A stretch of DNA of 54,428 nucleotides from a virus (Duplodnaviria > Caudoviricetes), in IMG/VR virus record IMGVR_UViG_3300036944_000521, positions 1 to 54,428 of that record. The stretch is one strand, 5' to 3'. The position numbers were made by a program, and so were the translations under genes. The notes below the pieces were generated by a model, which ran no database searches, was not told where the DNA came from, and saw only the letters and a program-made list of their open reading frames with translations. Positions 52,115 through 54,428 of this stretch are shown one piece after another (position 1 is the first letter of the stretch; each line of letters opens with the position of its first letter).

Positions 52115-53380
52115 TTATGTTATAGCAGCTGATAGTAGTATAGGATAACCTTCAGCTCTAATGATTTCTAGTACGCGATGTAGGTAAGCATTTGAACTAT
52201 TATTTATAGCTACAACGCGGGTATTTTTATCTGTAGGTTGTATAATTTCAACTAAATTTGTAGAATTATACTGTCCATAACGTGGTACTATGTTATTAGC
52301 ATAGTATGTGCTGTAGTCTCGTTCTTGGCACAGCACTAGAGGCTGTTCCCAAGGTTGAGTTAGCTTTGCGCGTTTTCTAAACTCATCTACTACAGGAGTA
52401 AAAGGAATAGCCAACCAGTTGCGATTTGCTAAACTGCTATCTATAAACTCTGCTTTACCGTTAAGAAAAGGTATTATTTTACCTTTAAGCAGCTGTTGTG
52501 CCAAGTTATCTGGTGTTATGCCTAGATTTACATCTTCTCCGATATTTACAGTGTCAAATATGACACGCTCAATTAAAGAAACGGATCCTACCACTGCGCC
52601 AGCATAGGAAGTCAAAGGCTGTATCAAGATCTCGTTGAAACCAGAAAAAGTAGCTATCTTTGTGTTAGTCAGGTAATTAGAAGTAGCACGACCTGCGTAG
52701 GCTAGTCGCTTACAATCTACTGCGTTAGCTAACCAAGCTGCTAAGTTTAGCACAACCTTATCAAACACCGTTTGAACTGATGCGGCTATGTCTAAGTTAA
52801 GAGGCCCAACGCCAATTCCACGAGTAAGATCACTAAGTAGAGTATAGTCCCCAGCCTCGCTGTGTACGAACTTCTGTTCGATAAGCGAAGCGTAAACGGG
52901 GTTTCCAAGCTGAGAAGCGTCTACTAGCTTATGCTCATTAGTTAAAGGGTCAAAACCTAAGAAGCGCGCAGCTGCGCTGTAAAAAAGCGATATAGAGTTT
53001 GGATAATGAAACTCACGCAGCCAGTGAAACTGCTTACCAGTATAGTATCCTAGCCCGCAATAACCTGAGTCTACAATCATTACTGCGCAAGTTGTCCAAT
53101 CTCTCATGGCGATTGAACTCATAGCTAGTGCCTCACGATAGTCTACAAGAACTGGACGTGCTGCGCTTACAGATCGAATATGTGTTTTAAAGTCTGAAAA
53201 CTCATCAGCAATATGACAAGTAGCGTATTCCCAATCGTTATGCGGATCTTTTAAATCACGGATTGTAGAACGCGGAAAAGCAGGGCCTGTTAAGACCCTG
53301 CCTTCTTGTATACGACCAGCATGAGTTGAGACTACAGAACTATGCCCACGAGCGTAGTTAAGGCCCAGAACACGTGTCAT
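52115..53380 (-). CDS. Divergent carbamoyltransferase-like (NodU/CmcH) protein
   Basis: YPNSISLFYSA....LGF, DIAASVQ and GKAEF...L.NR motifs; canonical metal/ATP motifs look eroded. Confidence 0.6.
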   Translation of the reverse strand: MTRVLGLNYARGHSSVVSTHAGRIQEGRVLTGPAFPRSTIRDLKDPHNDWEYATCHIADEFSDFKTHIRSVSAARPVLVDYREALAMSSIAMRDWTTCAVMIVDSGYCGLGYYTGKQFHWLREFHYPNSISLFYSAAARFLGFDPLTNEHKLVDASQLGNPVYASLIEQKFVHSEAGDYTLLSDLTRGIGVGPLNLDIAASVQTVFDKVVLNLAAWLANAVDCKRLAYAGRATSNYLTNTKIATFSGFNEILIQPLTSYAGAVVGSVSLIERVIFDTVNIGEDVNLGITPDNLAQQLLKGKIIPFLNGKAEFIDSSLANRNWLAIPFTPVVDEFRKRAKLTQPWEQPLVLCQERDYSTYYANNIVPRYGQYNSTNLVEIIQPTDKNTRVVAINNSSNAYLHRVLEIIRAEGYPILLSAAIT

Positions 53381-53613
53381 GAGCAGATGTCAACATATTC
53401 TTTGATAGTATTCCACTTAGTTTCTTCATCTTCAAGAGACTGTTTACGAATAATAGTGGCTACTTTAGTGATTGTAGCTACAGGGATTTCATACTGAGTC
53501 TTAATATCTTTTTTAAGTTCAGCAATAGCTTCTCTAATAGAGTCTGCTTGAATCATAAGATCTACAATACGATTAATTTCTTTGCGGATTTCCGCCTTAA
53601 GTGCTGGTTCCAT
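53377..53613 (-). CDS. Small dsDNA-binding protein (T4 DsbA / GapR-like)
   Basis: Helical MEPALKAEIRKEINRIVDL..IREAIAELKKDIK. Confidence 0.5.
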   Translation of the reverse strand: MEPALKAEIRKEINRIVDLMIQADSIREAIAELKKDIKTQYEIPVATITKVATIIRKQSLEDEETKWNTIKEYVDICS

Positions 53614-53614
53614 T

Positions 53615-53944
53615 TTATACCGTTCTAAAGGTTTTGCGTACAGTTTCTGGTCGCTTGCGTATAAGCCCAAGCTGACATAGCTCGTCTAAACTTGCTCGAA
53701 ACAGAGCGAGCGAGTCAATCTCGTCTCCCTCTGAATCTACAAGCAGTTTAAGGTGAAGCAGATTATAGGCGCTAATAATATTAGCACTTCCTATAGTTCG
53801 CTTACCATTATAGTCACCCTCAAAGCGTGGAGCGACTAGTTCCCAGTTTGAATTTTCCCATACAGAATGATCTATGTCGTCATATACTTCTATGGGAATC
53901 CCAGACAGAACTTTCCACACAATTTGAGAATAAGTTGTTATCAA
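53615..53944 (-). CDS. Hypothetical protein
   Basis: 109 aa; ATGA overlap. Confidence 0.6.
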   Translation of the reverse strand: MITTYSQIVWKVLSGIPIEVYDDIDHSVWENSNWELVAPRFEGDYNGKRTIGSANIISAYNLLHLKLLVDSEGDEIDSLALFRASLDELCQLGLIRKRPETVRKTFRTV

Positions 53945-54315
53945 TCGTTAATCCAATCGTCGAGAAATGGCTCATTATAGAACCAAGCGAGCGCAGTAGA
54001 GATTGCACGAAGTGCAATAGTATCATCAGTTAACCCTTGTTCAAACTCACGTTTGAAGCGCAACCAGGGGTTACGTTCGTTCCGAACAGGGCTAATGCTG
54101 TGTAGATCACGCTGATTCCAATGTTCAGCACGCTTAGAAAAAGCTGTTTGTGAGTTTAAAAACCGCTCGTTTTCAATCAGACGAGGGGAGATCAAGCGAT
54201 GTAGATCACGATACGCCTGAAGTTTATCGCTATCGTTCAGTTCAGACGTAGCTACACGACGTGCATTACGTAGAAGATCACGAAACGGATTGCGGTTCGT
54301 AAATTTGAAGAACAT
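53941..54315 (-). CDS. Hypothetical protein
   Basis: 124 aa; AAGG RBS. Confidence 0.6.
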   Translation of the reverse strand: MFFKFTNRNPFRDLLRNARRVATSELNDSDKLQAYRDLHRLISPRLIENERFLNSQTAFSKRAEHWNQRDLHSISPVRNERNPWLRFKREFEQGLTDDTIALRAISTALAWFYNEPFLDDWIND

Positions 54316-54428
54316 TTATTTTGTATACCTTATATTAGCATAAGTTTGAGGATTGTGGAAGTAGAATTTTTAAGAGCTTTAGTTTATTCTGTAGACAGTT
54401 CTAGGAGCGTTACTGGGAACTGTTCTCC

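Overview
This window is a 54 kb segment of a large lytic dsDNA tailed phage. Every credible gene is on the minus strand. The host is probably an alphaproteobacterium, inferred from a tRNA-His with A73 and no G-1 and from CTTGCN-N17-TATATT promoters. 1-15 kb: small nucleotide/RNA-metabolism and counter-defence genes (NADAR, HAD phosphatases, metallophosphoesterases, deaminase, SLOG, kinases, GH19 lysin). 15-40 kb: a dispersed array of 30 tRNAs covering all 20 amino acids plus an amber suppressor, with tilS, dps, speD, an alternative oxidase and an AT-rich glycan-modification/tail-fibre island. 40-54 kb: hsp20, SleB-like hydrolase, GT4/LpxH-like pair, uvsE, holin/spanins, UDP-glucose dehydrogenase and an exonuclease. 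The main finding is a Ro60-like TROVE/vWA (DUF2828-type) gene accompanied by eight Y-RNA-like ncRNAs. They share a covarying 6-7 bp closing helix plus a KTD-CAGCA motif and carry different tRNA-mimic payloads, including circularly permuted tRNAs. Also notable: a leader-peptide attenuator ahead of a tRNA operon, a putative amber-readthrough switch, and several other unannotated structured RNAs. All family calls come from motif recognition by eye, not from database searches.
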